Part shown: one piece after another, positions 1 to 13,104 of the stretch
How the letters are laid out: each line of letters opens with the position of its first letter
How positions within the stretch are numbered: the stretch's first letter is position 1
NCBI GenBank assembly: GCA_965644295.1
Contig: CBFFRP010000146.1
Coordinates: forward strand, 186,001 to 250,000
Length of the DNA stretch: 64,000 nt
Direction of reading: 5' to 3'
DNA from: Paraphysomonas bandaiensis
Taxonomy: Eukaryota > Protista > Chrysophyceae
Position numbers and translations under genes: made by a program
Notes under the pieces: generated by a model
The model's database searches: none
Told to the model about the DNA's origin: nothing
What the model saw: the letters and a program-made list of their open reading frames with translations, nothing else

Positions 1-1983
1 CCACACACATATCCACACACATATCCACCATATCCACCATATCCACACACATATCCACCATATCCACACACATATCCACACACATATCCACCATATCCAC
101 CATATCCACACACATATCCACCATATCCACACACATATCCACACACATATCCACCATATCCACACACATATCCACACACATATCCACCATATCCACCATA
201 TCCACACACATATCCACCATATCCACACACATATCCACACAGTACACCATATCCACCATATCCACACACATATCCACCATATCCACACACATATCCACAC
301 ACATATCCACCATATCCACACACATATCCACACACATATCCACCATATCCACACACATATCCACACACATATCCACCATATCCACACACATATCCACCAT
401 ATCCACCATATCCACACACATATCCACACACATATCCACCATATCCACCATATCCACACACATATCCACCATATCCACACACATATCCACACACATATCC
501 ACCATATCCACCATATCCACACACATATCCACCATATCCACACACATATCCACACACATATCCACCATATCCACCATATCCACACACATATCCACCATAT
601 CCACACACATATCCACACACATATCCACCATATCCACCATATCCACACACATATCCACCATATCCACACACATATCCACACACATATCCACCATATCCAC
701 CATATCCACACACATATCCACCATATCCACACACATATCCACACACATATCCACCATATCCACACACATATCCACACACATATCCACCATATCCACCATA
801 TCCACACACATATCCACCATATCCACACACATATCCACACACATATCCACCATATCCACCATATCCACACACATATCCACCATATCCACACACATATCCA
901 CACACATATCCACCATATCCACACACATATCCACACAGTACACCATATCCACCATATCCACACACATATCCACCATATCCACACACATATCCACACACAT
1001 ATTCACCATATCCACCATATCCACACACATATCCACCATATCCACACACATATCCACACACATATCCACCATATCCACCATATCCACACACATATCCACC
1101 ATATCCACACACATATCCACACACATATCCACCATATCCACACACATATCCACACAGTACACCATATCCACCATATCCACACACATATCCACCATATCCA
1201 CACACATATCCACACACATATCCACCATATCCACACACATATCCACACACATATCCACCATATCCACCATATCCACACACATATCCACACAGTACACCAT
1301 ATCCACCATATCCACACACATATCCACCATATCCACACACATATCCACACACATATCCACCATATCCACACACATATCCACACACATATCCACCATATCC
1401 ACCATATCCACACACATATCCACCATATCCACACACATATCCACCATATCCACCATATCCACACACATATCCACACACATATCCACCATATCCACCATAT
1501 CCACACACATATCCACCATATCCACACACATATCCACACACATATCCACCATATCCACACACATATCCACACACATATCCACCATATCCACACACATATC
1601 CACCATATCCACACACATATCCACCATATCCACACACATATCCACACACATATCCACCATATCCACACACATATCCACACACATATCCACCATATCCACC
1701 ATATCCACACACATATCCACCATATCCACCATATCCACACACATATCCACCATATCCACACACATATCCACACACATATCCACCATATCCACACACATAT
1801 CCACACACATATCCACCATATCCACCATATCCACACACATATCCACCATATCCACACACATATCCACACAGTACACCATATCCACCATATCCACACACAT
1901 ATCCACACACATATCCACCATATCCACACACATATCCACACACATATCCACCATATCCACACACATATCCACACAGTACACCA
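1..1983. repeat. Complex C/A-rich satellite of three units: CCACACACATAT (12), CCACCATAT (9) and rare CCACACAGTACACCATAT (18); runs off the left edge
   Basis: Read directly; almost no point substitutions (one C>T near 1003). The minus-strand WICV/WIW ORF is a by-product of the repeat. Confidence 0.97.
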
Positions 1984-2266
1984 GCATACCGTCGAATACT
2001 TCTATCCGCTATATGTTCACAGTTCACCGGTATACGCAGAATACTGTGGTATACACTGGTGTATACTACGAATTGTAGTGCTGCTGTATTCATGCATATA
2101 TGACTCCGCTGCCCGTCAAATCGAGCGACTGCTGCGCGGTAATTCGCAGTGTGGACAGTGAGTCGAGGGAACCATTTAAGTTAAGTGGAATATAGTCTCT
2201 TATAGCTGTAATCATTAACCATAATTGTATTTCCATCAAGTAGACATCGAATTATAGTATCTACTC

Positions 2267-2503
2267 ATGAAAAAGTTACTATTATGTGTGGGTTTATCAG
2301 GGATTGTAGGCTACTTTGTGTACCTGAAGTATAGTCTTGGAAAGGCACATAACGCTAAACTAGAACTTGAGAAACAATTGGAAGAAATACAGAACGAACA
2401 GTGGAAAAAGAAGTTGTTTTGGATGAAAGTATCACTTGCAGGATGCGGAATAGCAGTTGTGACTTTTTACACGAGGAAATTAGTACGCTATATAGCAGCC
2501 TAG
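2267..2503 (+). CDS. Small hypothetical membrane protein (78 aa; TM, short coiled coil, TM)
   Basis: ATG-initiated ORF with hydrophobic N- and C-terminal segments flanking KLELEKQLEEIQNEQ; no family recognised. Confidence 0.5.
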   Translation: MKKLLLCVGLSGIVGYFVYLKYSLGKAHNAKLELEKQLEEIQNEQWKKKLFWMKVSLAGCGIAVVTFYTRKLVRYIAA

Positions 2504-2990
2504 GTTTCATCATTCATATACACTTGTAATAACATTATTTCTTCTATATCTACGTTCTTTGTCGATATCAAAAGTGGCCTACTTGTGCCTCGAAACCCGC
2601 TGTACTTTTTCTATTCAATGAGTTCTGAGTGCAGTATCTTGTATCTTATCTTCTATGCTCTAGAGTCTACAATTAACCCTAAGTTATAGATTTTGTGTCT
2701 GATGTAACAGCGAGAAATTATATGGTGTTCATTTATAGTATGGAGCTCAAAAGAGAGTAAAAGCCATTAGATATTACTTACTACATTTTTCATGACACAT
2801 AGTACGTATACGTGAGTTTGAAGCTCAAGCCCTCCAGTGGCAAAGAATAAAGAATTCCCCGCAGTAGATATAAGTTAAATACAAACGCGTGTGCTGTATT
2901 AGTGTATGATTAAATATCAAAACATTATTTATAGTAACCTAGCAAATAGTTCTATTCGTAATCTCAAGAACTCAAACAGGGCTAGGGAAC

Positions 2991-3080
2991 AATATATTGC
3001 AATACCATTGTTAGATAGCATCTCACCAATAATATTGATGGAATTTTTAAACTAATCCAACAATACTATTGCAATATATT
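2991..3080. repeat. Imperfect inverted repeat, possible MITE-like relic
   Basis: AATATATTGCAATACCATTGTTAGATAG pairs imperfectly with CTAATCCAACAATACTATTGCAATATATT. Related words (CAATACTACTGCAATATA, TTCCATCAATA) recur near 5760-5790 and 33470. Confidence 0.45.
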
Positions 3081-3935
3081 GCAATATATTAGTATCATTA
3101 TTCAACTGATGAGCGCATTCCATAGCAAGAACGATTCGGTTGTACACCACAGAATTTCATTCCAGAAATAATAATAGCAACGTGCAGTCGATTCATCAAA
3201 AAACTTTGAATATATCACTACAACTCGTCCATATATTATACATAAGAATACGGCCGTGATAGGTGCAAGAAATGTTACAACTATCGCCTTGTGTAGAAAT
3301 GCAAGGCGCTATACCGTCAAAATAATGTTGACAAAGTACTACATACGAATATCGTTAAAATTGATTGACATAGAATGCCTTGGTAGCCCCAGTATCTTAG
3401 AACCATTGCGTCATAGGACACCCCGATTGCATTAAGCGTACATTGATGGAGAGATATTATTACAAGGAAATCTACAAGGACAGCACATGTAGAACATAAT
3501 AGTGTCTGTGACGATTAGTTTAGAACAACCCGGTTAAGTGATATCCGGCCTGTCATGGCTACTGGATTGCATGCAATCCATGCATATAAGGCACACTGCT
3601 GTACTGAATATCAGTCTAATCCCTCAAACAAAACCCATGAATTTCTACCCTACAATATCAAGGTTTTAGAATACGGAGTAGGAATACGTAAAAATCTCAT
3701 AAAAGTTCTGTTTTTTTACCAAAAACACGAAATATTGTGAACCGTTGAGGGTGTATGAGTGGTGTATGATGCATGCATACATCAGTGCGATTCGAATAGC
3801 AGCCAATGCACTGCAGATATGAAAGTTACATAGATTCTTTAGACTGCTATCCACCAACTTGTGTAAGGTTTCAGTCGACACTGTCTGAAATATTTGTTTT
3901 GAAGTAAAGCAAAGTTCAACTCGTTTTATTGGAAT

Positions 3936-5560
3936 ATGCAGGGCACAAGGACTGATAGGGATGGATTTCCTGTTTTTCTGATGGTCATATTGGCAACAGC
4001 TGTTCTGTCCTCAGCTATTGCTTTGACTGGTCTGTTTCCATATGTCGGGTTTATGGTTATTGATATCGGAGCTGCAAAGAGTACAGATGACGCTGGATAT
4101 TACTCTGGCACTTTGGCGTCTGCTATGATGTTTGGTCGCTTTTTCAGTAGCTTCTGGTGGGGACAGTTTGTAAGTAAAATACGAAACACAAGCTTATGAA
4201 GTGGTTTGAAAATAACTAGATCGTTTTATATAGGCAGATAGTTATGGAAGAAAGCCTGCACTCATGATTGGATGTGTTACTGTAGCAGCAATGAGCATTT
4301 TGTTCGGGTTATCAACTAATATTGAAATGGCACTTGTTGCTCGATTATTTCTTGGGCTCTTCAACCCAGTAAGTATTGTTGCTAATCATAATAGTAAATT
4401 TTGTTTTTTAAATGTTAAAATTATAGATATGGAGCACCGCCAAAACTCTTGTTAGTGAGCTGTGCTCTAGAGAGCATGAAGCGAGGGCGATGGGCCTCAC
4501 CGCTGGCTGTTGGTCACTTGGAATGGTGTTCGGTCCTATGTTGGGGGGACTGTTGGCTAACCCTGTGAAACTTTACCCTGGCACATTTGGGGGCATTGGA
4601 ATATTCGAAGAGTTCCCTTATCTCCTGCCTAATCTTGTCACAGCTGGAATGGGTATCGCGGCTTGCGGACTGGTGTATGTTTTTTTGCCGGAAACTCTAT
4701 ACGAACACGTCTCTGGGGATGGCCACATGTCCGAAGGCGCTAAGCCTACCCAGCGTGGTGCTACTATCGTGGAGCTTTTGAACACTCCTGGCGTAACTCC
4801 TGCTCTCACTGCTTATTTCGTGCTATGCTTTATCGACCTGTCGTTCAACGAAATCGTCCCATTATGGGCTATATCGTCACAAGTTGTGGGTGGTTTGTCA
4901 ATGGAACAAAAGAGTATTGGGTTTCTTATGACATTCACTGGGTGTTTATTGGTTGTTTATACTTTTGTACTCTATCCCCTAATTGTAGAGTGGCTCGGAA
5001 GGGTCTACAGCTACCGCATTGGTCAGGTCGTGTTCATACCGTTCTGCCTCAGCATCACATTGCTGAGTCACATGTCACTAGACTCGCCTTTTATGTTTCC
5101 TTTGCTTGTGATATTTTTTGCTGTGGCGAAAGCGTGCTGCTCCCTTGGTAACTCGTCCCTAGGACTTATTATCAACCGGAGTGTTGCAAAAGAGAAACGT
5201 GCCTCAATAAATGGACTCAGTATGGGTGTCGGGAGCGCCAGTAAGGCTATAGGACCCATGGTGTCCGCATATATTTTCGCATGGTCTATAAGCGGAAATG
5301 ATCTTTCTTTTCCGTTTGACTATCACCTGATTTATATAATACTAGCGGGACTAGCAGTGGTATGCGTCTCTTTACCGTTGGTGTACAAAGAAACTGATCA
5401 CACAGCTCCAGAACCTCTAACTGGGAGTTCAGAAGAACGTGATGAGGTTGAAATGAAAATAGGAAATGATGTGGACGCAGATAGTGCACCACTGTTGCGT
5501 AGTGATGGTTACAGTACTTCCGCATCAGATAAGCTTTCATCGAAGTATGGAGCAGTATGA
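3936..5560 (+). CDS. MFS transporter, ZIFL/DHA1-like, 3 exons (introns ~4170-4233 and ~4370-4426)
   Basis: Splicing the GT-AG introns gives WWGQF|ADSYGRKPALM (MFS motif A) and FNP|IWSTAKTLVSEL. GPMLGGLLA and PYLLPNL motifs and about 12 TM segments. Confidence 0.9.
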
Positions 5561-6675
5561 TGATGACAATATTTTGGGCATATTGTTTCGAGTGTGCATC
5601 CAGTGTTACGAATATTTTATTTTGTTAGAGTTGTTGAAATAAGTATAGTGTTTTACAATGTTACAATATTATATGCTTGATGTTGCTACAATAAAGAACA
5701 GCAGGCATGTATTTACTAACAATAGAGTTAGTAAACTTTCTATAGCTGTCCACCAATACACCAATACTACTGCAATATACTTCCATCAATACTCAGCAAG
5801 TAGTCAGGGCCTGGTAACTATTAGGATTCAGCTTAATGCATGACAGTATCAGTGAGTTATAATGTTCAATGCAATATATCATGAACTGAATTAGAGAGAG
5901 TATCTCTTGAAGATACATGATCGTCATCATACTGATACTTACTAACAACGTACGGACATACGTACTTATACTCTATAACACTAAAAAGCATTTCACTAAA
6001 TTAGTTAATTGAAGGAGCACCATATTATCTACTATGAGTAGTGCTATCTACTTCATGAAAGTGCCCTGCGATGCCCTTGTGCCTAGCGCACGTCGTTATG
6101 AGGAGAGTGTTCCCCAGCTCTCATGCTTACAGCTTTTCAATCAGTATATTGATAACAAAAAAGCCTTTAAAACGAGGCAGCAACTTTAAAAGTTGGAAGT
6201 GGTGCGCGGCTAAGGATGTAGGGTGTAGTCTCTAGACTGTCGCCGTGTATTTTTGTTTCTTGATACTAACGATTTTTACAACACGATTTAGGATATTACA
6301 AGATTAAAATGTGTCTACACTATTACTGGAACTTCCTTTTGAGCAGAACGACAAAAAATGGTTCTCCAGTCCTGTCGTCTACCATACAACATACTAATAC
6401 AAAAATGAATAATATTTGGTTGACTGATAATATTATACTGAACAAAATGGATCAATTTCAGTAAAGAAAAATATGTACTAAATATCAAACTTGATTTAAA
6501 ATATAAAAAGCTACACTTACATAACAACAAATCGTGAGGAACAGTAATTACATTTTCTATACTGACTCCAGGATACTGGAGGCACATAACTAATAGACGA
6601 CTCAAGTTGCAGTGATAGCACAAATGAAAAATATAAACTAGAAAATTAGAAAGCGACCAAAACCATGGTAGGTAC

Positions 6676-7404
6676 TTAATTTCGATGGCGATATCGCTCA
6701 CGGCGCGAGCTTCGGTGTCGACTAGGAACACTTGCACAATCGTTTTCTGATGATTGCGATTCAATGTCTCCCAATGGCGGATTATGAGTTGTCACTACAG
6801 CTGGCGAACTGTTGTATACCACAGCAGTTGACCGCGACTCGCTCATATCGGAACTGAGCTTTCTGGAATGGGAGCTGTCGGTCATTGCCATATGATAGGA
6901 ATGATCTGATGAATTATACGAACTTGAACCGGGGAGTTGAAATGGATCATTGACAGCTACCATAAAGATTACCAAAAATAAAGGAAGTATAATGAAAGGG
7001 GTGTACACAAGTACTAAGGAAATATTAATGGAATGATCAGCACCGATTTGGGAGATTATTGTTGTCAGAATATGCATCATTTCAGTCGCCTCGTGCGTCC
7101 CAAAAACAATACATGGTTTAATTATCCAATTTTTCTTGAAAACAAACCCATATATGGCCACCAAACAGAACGGTGCATGAATGATTAACTTAATCCACGC
7201 ATAAATCTCCATCCACTTATCAGATTCTTCAAGAAAATCATAATACTGTTGTCCGATATACTTCCCTTCTCGTTCCGCATCGTATCCCAGTGGTCTGAGA
7301 ACAACGAGTGATGAGATGACTGAAAAAGGAAGCAATAGAATAAAATATAAAAGAAAAATTACTCTAGCAGCATATTTATCGGATGTATTACACCAACTGC
7401 TCAT
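6676..7404 (-). CDS. EXPERA/TMEM97-like membrane protein with Ser-rich tail
   Basis: Four hydrophobic helices; HAPFCLVAIYGFVFKKNWIIKPCIVFGTHEAT and LVYTPFIILPL resemble the EXPERA (EBP/TMEM97/TM6SF) pattern. Confidence 0.65.
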   Translation of the reverse strand: MSSWCNTSDKYAARVIFLLYFILLLPFSVISSLVVLRPLGYDAEREGKYIGQQYYDFLEESDKWMEIYAWIKLIIHAPFCLVAIYGFVFKKNWIIKPCIVFGTHEATEMMHILTTIISQIGADHSINISLVLVYTPFIILPLFLVIFMVAVNDPFQLPGSSSYNSSDHSYHMAMTDSSHSRKLSSDMSESRSTAVVYNSSPAVVTTHNPPLGDIESQSSENDCASVPSRHRSSRRERYRHRN

Positions 7405-7880
7405 TGCTTGATAGTAGGATACACACTATATGGAGGAGTGCAGCTGTTCTGCTCTATACGATCAATAGACACTGTATGTATATCAATACATACTGATACA
7501 CAATCAAATCAATAGTGGATGTCCAGGTAATTGTAAGGGATGCTGGGATGATACTGGGATAGCATATCCATATATGTATACTGCACACTCAACTCACCGG
7601 CTCCCTTCATATCACACCACACCGAAATTGGATCGAACTTGTCATGAATGTATGTATGTATATATCGTACGCACTTATTGAATTCGATTGCGAAAATGAT
7701 GAACATGATGTTTATCCGGAAGTTCCGTACTGTGAAAATCAGGGTATTATTGACCTCAAAAAGTCCCGATATTTAGATGTGAAAATCTGTCACATAACAT
7801 CCGGTCACTCTATACACCGAAAGTATCAGTATCAATGCGTAGCGCTGAAAACACTGTGGACAAAATCGGTCCATATCCTC

Positions 7881-8762
7881 ATGACTCCCTTCATATTTAT
7901 ATATGTGATATTAATTCAGCTGCAGAGTGCATTTGCTCTCTATGCAAGAGCACCGTTACCTATACTGATGCCTCATTTTCATAAGGCTGGAGGCACAAGT
8001 ATGTGTAACCTGTTTCATTCCACGGGTCTCATCACGAAGAAGACAAACAACTGTAACTGCATGTCTTTAGGCCATCTAATTAAGAATATCTCCCTTACAA
8101 GATGTCCCTTGTCCTGCGCTATTTACCGTGTAGCTAAGCCGAATTCTGCCGCTTGTATGATAGAGAGAGGTAGTGAATGGCCTCCTCCTAAAGTATTCCA
8201 CTCTATTGTTGCCAACTTTACAGGTAGTATAGTTACGATTCTTAGGGATCCATGGCGCAGATTTCAGTCTAATTTTGAGAAAGATTACGCAATATGTTCG
8301 AGACGTGGCAACTGTAAACCATTCGATATATATACGTTTGCGACACCCCGTTTTCCGTCATTTTTCCACAATACGACCTATAATTTGCCTAACTTTTACG
8401 TACGTATGCTAAATGGTATGGCGTACAGCGGAGGCGTACATAGTATAACACTGACTCGCTACCACTTGGAAGCAGCCAAGGCTGTACTACGGAAGTTTAC
8501 AGCAGTAGTTTTCGTAGAGCAAAATGCGGAACAACGCAAGCAAGTGCTGAGGTATATTACTGGTTCTAGCTTTGATATAGGTCAATCCACAAATAATCCT
8601 TACAGTGAATTTGTTCAAAAGGACCTTGACCCACCTCCATCGTTACACTTCAAGAGTATATTTGACAGAACAAATGGATTAGATATTGAGTTGTATAGAT
8701 GGGCATTCAATTGGTTTACAAGTGAAACTTTTTTGCGCTCTATTACAGCTGAAATCGAATAA
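7881..8762 (+). CDS. Golgi-type sulfotransferase-like protein (Sulfotransfer_2/Gal-3-O family-like)
   Basis: N-terminal signal anchor MTPFIFIYVILI; 5'-PSB motif HFHKAGGTS; 3'-PB motif TILRDPWRRFQS; C-terminal NGLDIELYRWA. Start at 7881 inferred, although the ORF is open from 7644. Confidence 0.75.
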   Translation: MTPFIFIYVILIQLQSAFALYARAPLPILMPHFHKAGGTSMCNLFHSTGLITKKTNNCNCMSLGHLIKNISLTRCPLSCAIYRVAKPNSAACMIERGSEWPPPKVFHSIVANFTGSIVTILRDPWRRFQSNFEKDYAICSRRGNCKPFDIYTFATPRFPSFFHNTTYNLPNFYVRMLNGMAYSGGVHSITLTRYHLEAAKAVLRKFTAVVFVEQNAEQRKQVLRYITGSSFDIGQSTNNPYSEFVQKDLDPPPSLHFKSIFDRTNGLDIELYRWAFNWFTSETFLRSITAEIE

Positions 8763-10183
8763 ATTTTCCCCATAAATTTGATGGAGTCACAAAAGTAATA
8801 GACGGCCACAAGTAATTAACAATGTCATTCCAGTAAATCAGGGTGAAAGCTATAAGTGCTATTTACCAAATAATAGATAATATACCTAGATGTTTATACG
8901 AATGATACTTATTCTCACGAATACTTATTACTGTGATTAAATAAAAATTCATGGGATGTGTAAGTCTGTATGTCTGTGTTTTTTTTTGGAGCTCATATTA
9001 GCATGTGCGCATGTGCATGAGAAAATTAACAATTAACAGTCTAAACTGTCACTTTATACTACTTCTAAAGATAAAACTGTACCACTTATTATTCTATACT
9101 GACTTTAGAATTATTTGTAGTTCTTGGCATATGTAGATACGTAGATACTATCTGCCACAGACGGTCCTAGAGTAGAGAGTGATGACAACTAGCGTAGAAT
9201 GATTTGGTAGTATGAGGTTTAGTATGGTTAGAATATTTACTGTAGCAACGATTATTAAGAACACTTCATCATCTACAAGTAGATGTGAATAATTCCCACA
9301 TTACCCCGGAGTTCTCTACAATTTTTGCGGTATAATGCCATAAACATATGCATACAGCAGACTATAAACCTCTGTACGGCCCGCACAAACATCAATAACT
9401 CCTAATGCAGTTAATGGAATCCCAATAACAGAGGAATGCATTCTAATTTCTCATTTTTAAATATAAGCACCAGTAGTGGCATTCATGGCAGGAATTCAGT
9501 CCAGATATGGATTCCAGCCGCTGTTATACTAACTTCATTCCTGTAAAGTGTCCCAGCGGGTCGCCCACCTCTCCAGTGCTGAGAGAAACTAAATTCATTT
9601 GTTATCGTTCATGTTGAATACTGTACTTGTATCCAGCAGTTCATCTACAATCATTGCAGTCATAGGAGTAAAGCACTGCACTAAACAGCAGTCCAATATA
9701 GAGGCCTATACATATCTACTCTACCTGCTGCATATACAGTATCTATCATGCGGATGCAGCCATATCCATACCATATTCTCACATATGTCTGATGCAGTTT
9801 ATCTAGATTGTGAAAAGCATATAATCCCATATATTTATGACAGAAACACTTAAAACCCCAGTATTTTCGATAAATTGGATATATACTGAGGATACATACT
9901 CGGCCTGTATACTTACAGTACAGCAGTATACAGCAGTATAATGGTAGAGTACACACATCTGCTCATAGACGAGACCAACCCCGTGTCGGCAGTCAGCATC
10001 TTATTTTTCGGTAATTAATTGAAGTAAAAATAGTCTATATTACTTACATACAATTACGGCTATAATACACATAATTGTTGTCTCAATATTAGAGGCATAT
10101 GTGAACAAAAATATACACAGGATGCCGATACGCCAACCTACTTACAAAGATATAAGAAGATCAATATAACTGTGCATTAAACC

Positions 10184-12578
10184 ATGATGAAAGATTATCT
10201 GATAGAGATGCATGAGGCATGTAATCGATGTGATGTAACTGCTTTAGACAGGATAAGCAGAGAACATTCATTCGACTGGTCATCTGAGGTACTGTACCAG
10301 AGAGCATCATCACACCGCAGTATCCATACTGTATGTCGTTATCATTGCTATCTTATACTGATATATCTGATACATACAATCCATGCTGAATGATACGGTA
10401 TATAGCATGTATTCCGTGCCATAGATATCATATATGCCTCAGCTTTGTGTATCCATGTAAGACTATTATGCGTTGCTATACTAAACATATGATCAGATGG
10501 GAAGTCAATTACTGCTAAATGCTTGCATGCTTCATTCCTCATCTATGGATTCCACTGGTACTGTGAAATATTTGCTTGCACAGGGTGCAAGAGCTGATAG
10601 AGCGCTAGCGGTATGGTATTATAATTTCTTCTTTTTCGCCTCAACCTTATACACTATGTCTATTGTACAGGATGGTAGAATTCCACTATTGCTTGTGTGC
10701 AAGGAAAAATCTCCCGATGTCATTGAGGTTCTCCTACAGCAACCAAACCTCGATCTTACGGTAGTGAATTCGGTTAGTATTTTAGGCTCATGAATACTGG
10801 AGTAAGTCTTGTGACAGTGGGGACGGACGGCTCTTATGCATCTCTGTGAAAATAAACATGTTGATGCCTCCATTGTCAAGGCCTTGCTAACTGCGGGTAT
10901 TAATGTGGATGTCAACGCGCGAGATGAAGTAAGCCCGATATTAGTCGTTTTTAACAGCAGTTTATTAATTTGCTTTTGAGAATCACATCACTGCACTCTC
11001 GCTGGCTTGTGATAATGGAGCTATAGATGTTGTACGTACGCTACTCCAATCATTCCATACAGTGGATATAGCATTACAAGATAAAGTGTGATTCCAATGC
11101 CCAAATTATAATTAATAACCTTTGTCTGTGATGTAGTACGGAGAGACGGCGCTTATGAAGGCGGCGAGAAAGGGAATGTCTGAAGTCGTTGGTACAATCC
11201 TTCCTTTTATGTCCCCACAGTGCATCAACTTAACTGATCATGTGAGTATCTATACCAGAGCTGGTTAAAATACAGTTGATGAATACTGAACTCAGAATGG
11301 GAACACGGCATTGATGATGGCTTGCAAGTGGCTGCATTACGATTCGGTGATACTGTTGTTGAGCACTGAAGGAATAGATGCCACTTCCGTTAACGCTGTA
11401 CGTTACATTTTGATCTGAAACTATTGTGCTTACCTTTTCAAAGCGGGGAATGAATGCACTTGCGATGGCTGTAGCCTCTACATCCATGCCGAGTGAAATA
11501 TCCACCACCTTGATTGTTGAGGCTATAATAGATCGTTTCCCAGATAAATTGAAAACCATGTCTGCGTCGTTAGTATCGGTAGGTGGATGCTTCTAGTCGC
11601 GCTAATTCATTAGAATAACTATAACAGAGGGGATACAGCAGTTTTGTAGTCGCCTGTGATTGTGGAAAAGTTGAAACTGCTAGACTTCTCATGCGAATAG
11701 GACTTGCTGAATATTCAGATTTCAATGTGAGGGACATCATCGAGTTGTTCTTATTCTCATCTCCATTGTTATATAGACTGCACTGCTGTCGGCCTGTGGT
11801 AAAGGGAATCTTCATGTAGCCGATTTTTTGGTAGAATGCGGAGCAACGTTGTCATGTAGAGACTACGTGAGTGCTGCCACGGTAGGATTATTGTTTAATT
11901 GCAGTGTTTATCAGGATGGTAACACCTGTCTCCACCGAGCGTCCGCTGTTTGCGATTACGATATGATAATATGGTGCTTGGATCACGGCGTGGACAAATA
12001 TGCCAAAAACAAGGTAATTATTGTTGTTGTGTTGGTTGAGATTACAGTTTACTTGTAGCTCGGGCGCACAGCTCTGATGCTTGCCGCTGGTAGTACAGTA
12101 TCGGATAGGCGTCGGTACGGATCTCAAAGTGCGCCTCCTCCGCGCAAATGCTCCTCCACTGCGGCTGCAGCTGCTGTCATCCTTCTAATTGAGCGTGATT
12201 GTGCAGTTGATGTCGTCGACAACGTATTTCATTGTTATCTCTAACTGCATTTTGTGTTTTAATTGAAATGTACAGATAGGTGCTTCTTTCTGGAATTATA
12301 TCGCGTGTCCTCAAGTGCATGAAGCTGCAAGTAAAGCTCATGTGAGTTCGAAATTCTAATGTGTTATTTGCATTTGTGATACTCAGTATTACTGACAGGT
12401 TTGGTTCAGGAGGAAGAAATTTCTTCTGTTTTTGAACTCCTTCGGATTTTGTAAATCCTCCAATGTAGCCCATGTAGAGATAAGCACATGCACGGAGGGT
12501 AGTAGTGGTGCTGGTGCGTCGACGTTGCGGGTGTTTCATAATACCGACTTGTGCAGAATAATTATGTCCTACATTTAA
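10184..12578 (+). CDS. Multi-exon ankyrin-repeat protein (about 11 ANK repeats)
   Basis: Spliced exons give DGRIPLLLVC, WGRTALMHLC, YGETALMKAA, NGNTALMMAC, DGNTCLHRAS, LGRTALMLAA; ends WFRRKKFLLFL...VFHNTDLCRIIMSYI*. The first and last junctions are less certain. Confidence 0.85.
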
Positions 12579-13104
12579 CATTTAACGTCTCGCTATTTAT
12601 TTCTACTTATTCTTATGCAATATACATGCTGGCATTACTATTAACTGTTAATTTCTTATTACTGTATAAATTGTGATTGCGTTTTCACAGCATTAGACCC
12701 TTAAGTTCAATAAAACAGTATACTACCAGTAAACATCTAACAGCGGAAGAAATTCTATGATATTCTCACAACTCACAAGTAAACAAAATCTAACTTTTAA
12801 CCTTAATGAGTCTTCATACTTATAATATTGTATAATGATCGGTGATATGAATTCATCTGCTGCTGCTCTATCCACTATCAACAACTAACTATATAGAGGC
12901 CATACAATTTCTAAATTTTAAATGTGATTTTTAGTTTCGCTTGAATAAGTCAGAGTACGGGTTACTATAAATACCGATTGGCTTTTATAAGAGCAACTAG
13001 GGGTTTCTCAATTATCATTGGCCACGTCTCCTGAGGAAATTCTTCTTTTTTACCTCACATGTCACGACCATACATAGCATTGCAGTAGCTAGCAGGCACG
13101 ACAA

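Noticed and set aside
1003-1974. 323-aa WICV/WIW ORF
   Set aside because: Translation of the satellite; non-ATG start, and its stop arises from a single point variant.
3105-3170. CTGATGAG hammerhead-ribozyme-like core
   Set aside because: No stem II closed by GAAA and no matching stems I/III could be built.
9240-9680. Possible small spliced gene on the minus strand
   Set aside because: Coding-like composition and splice-like sites, but I could not assemble a stop-free model or recognise a motif.
10929-10980. Non-canonical intron system
   Set aside because: All reconstructed introns are GT-AG; this one only has an uncommon GAG acceptor.
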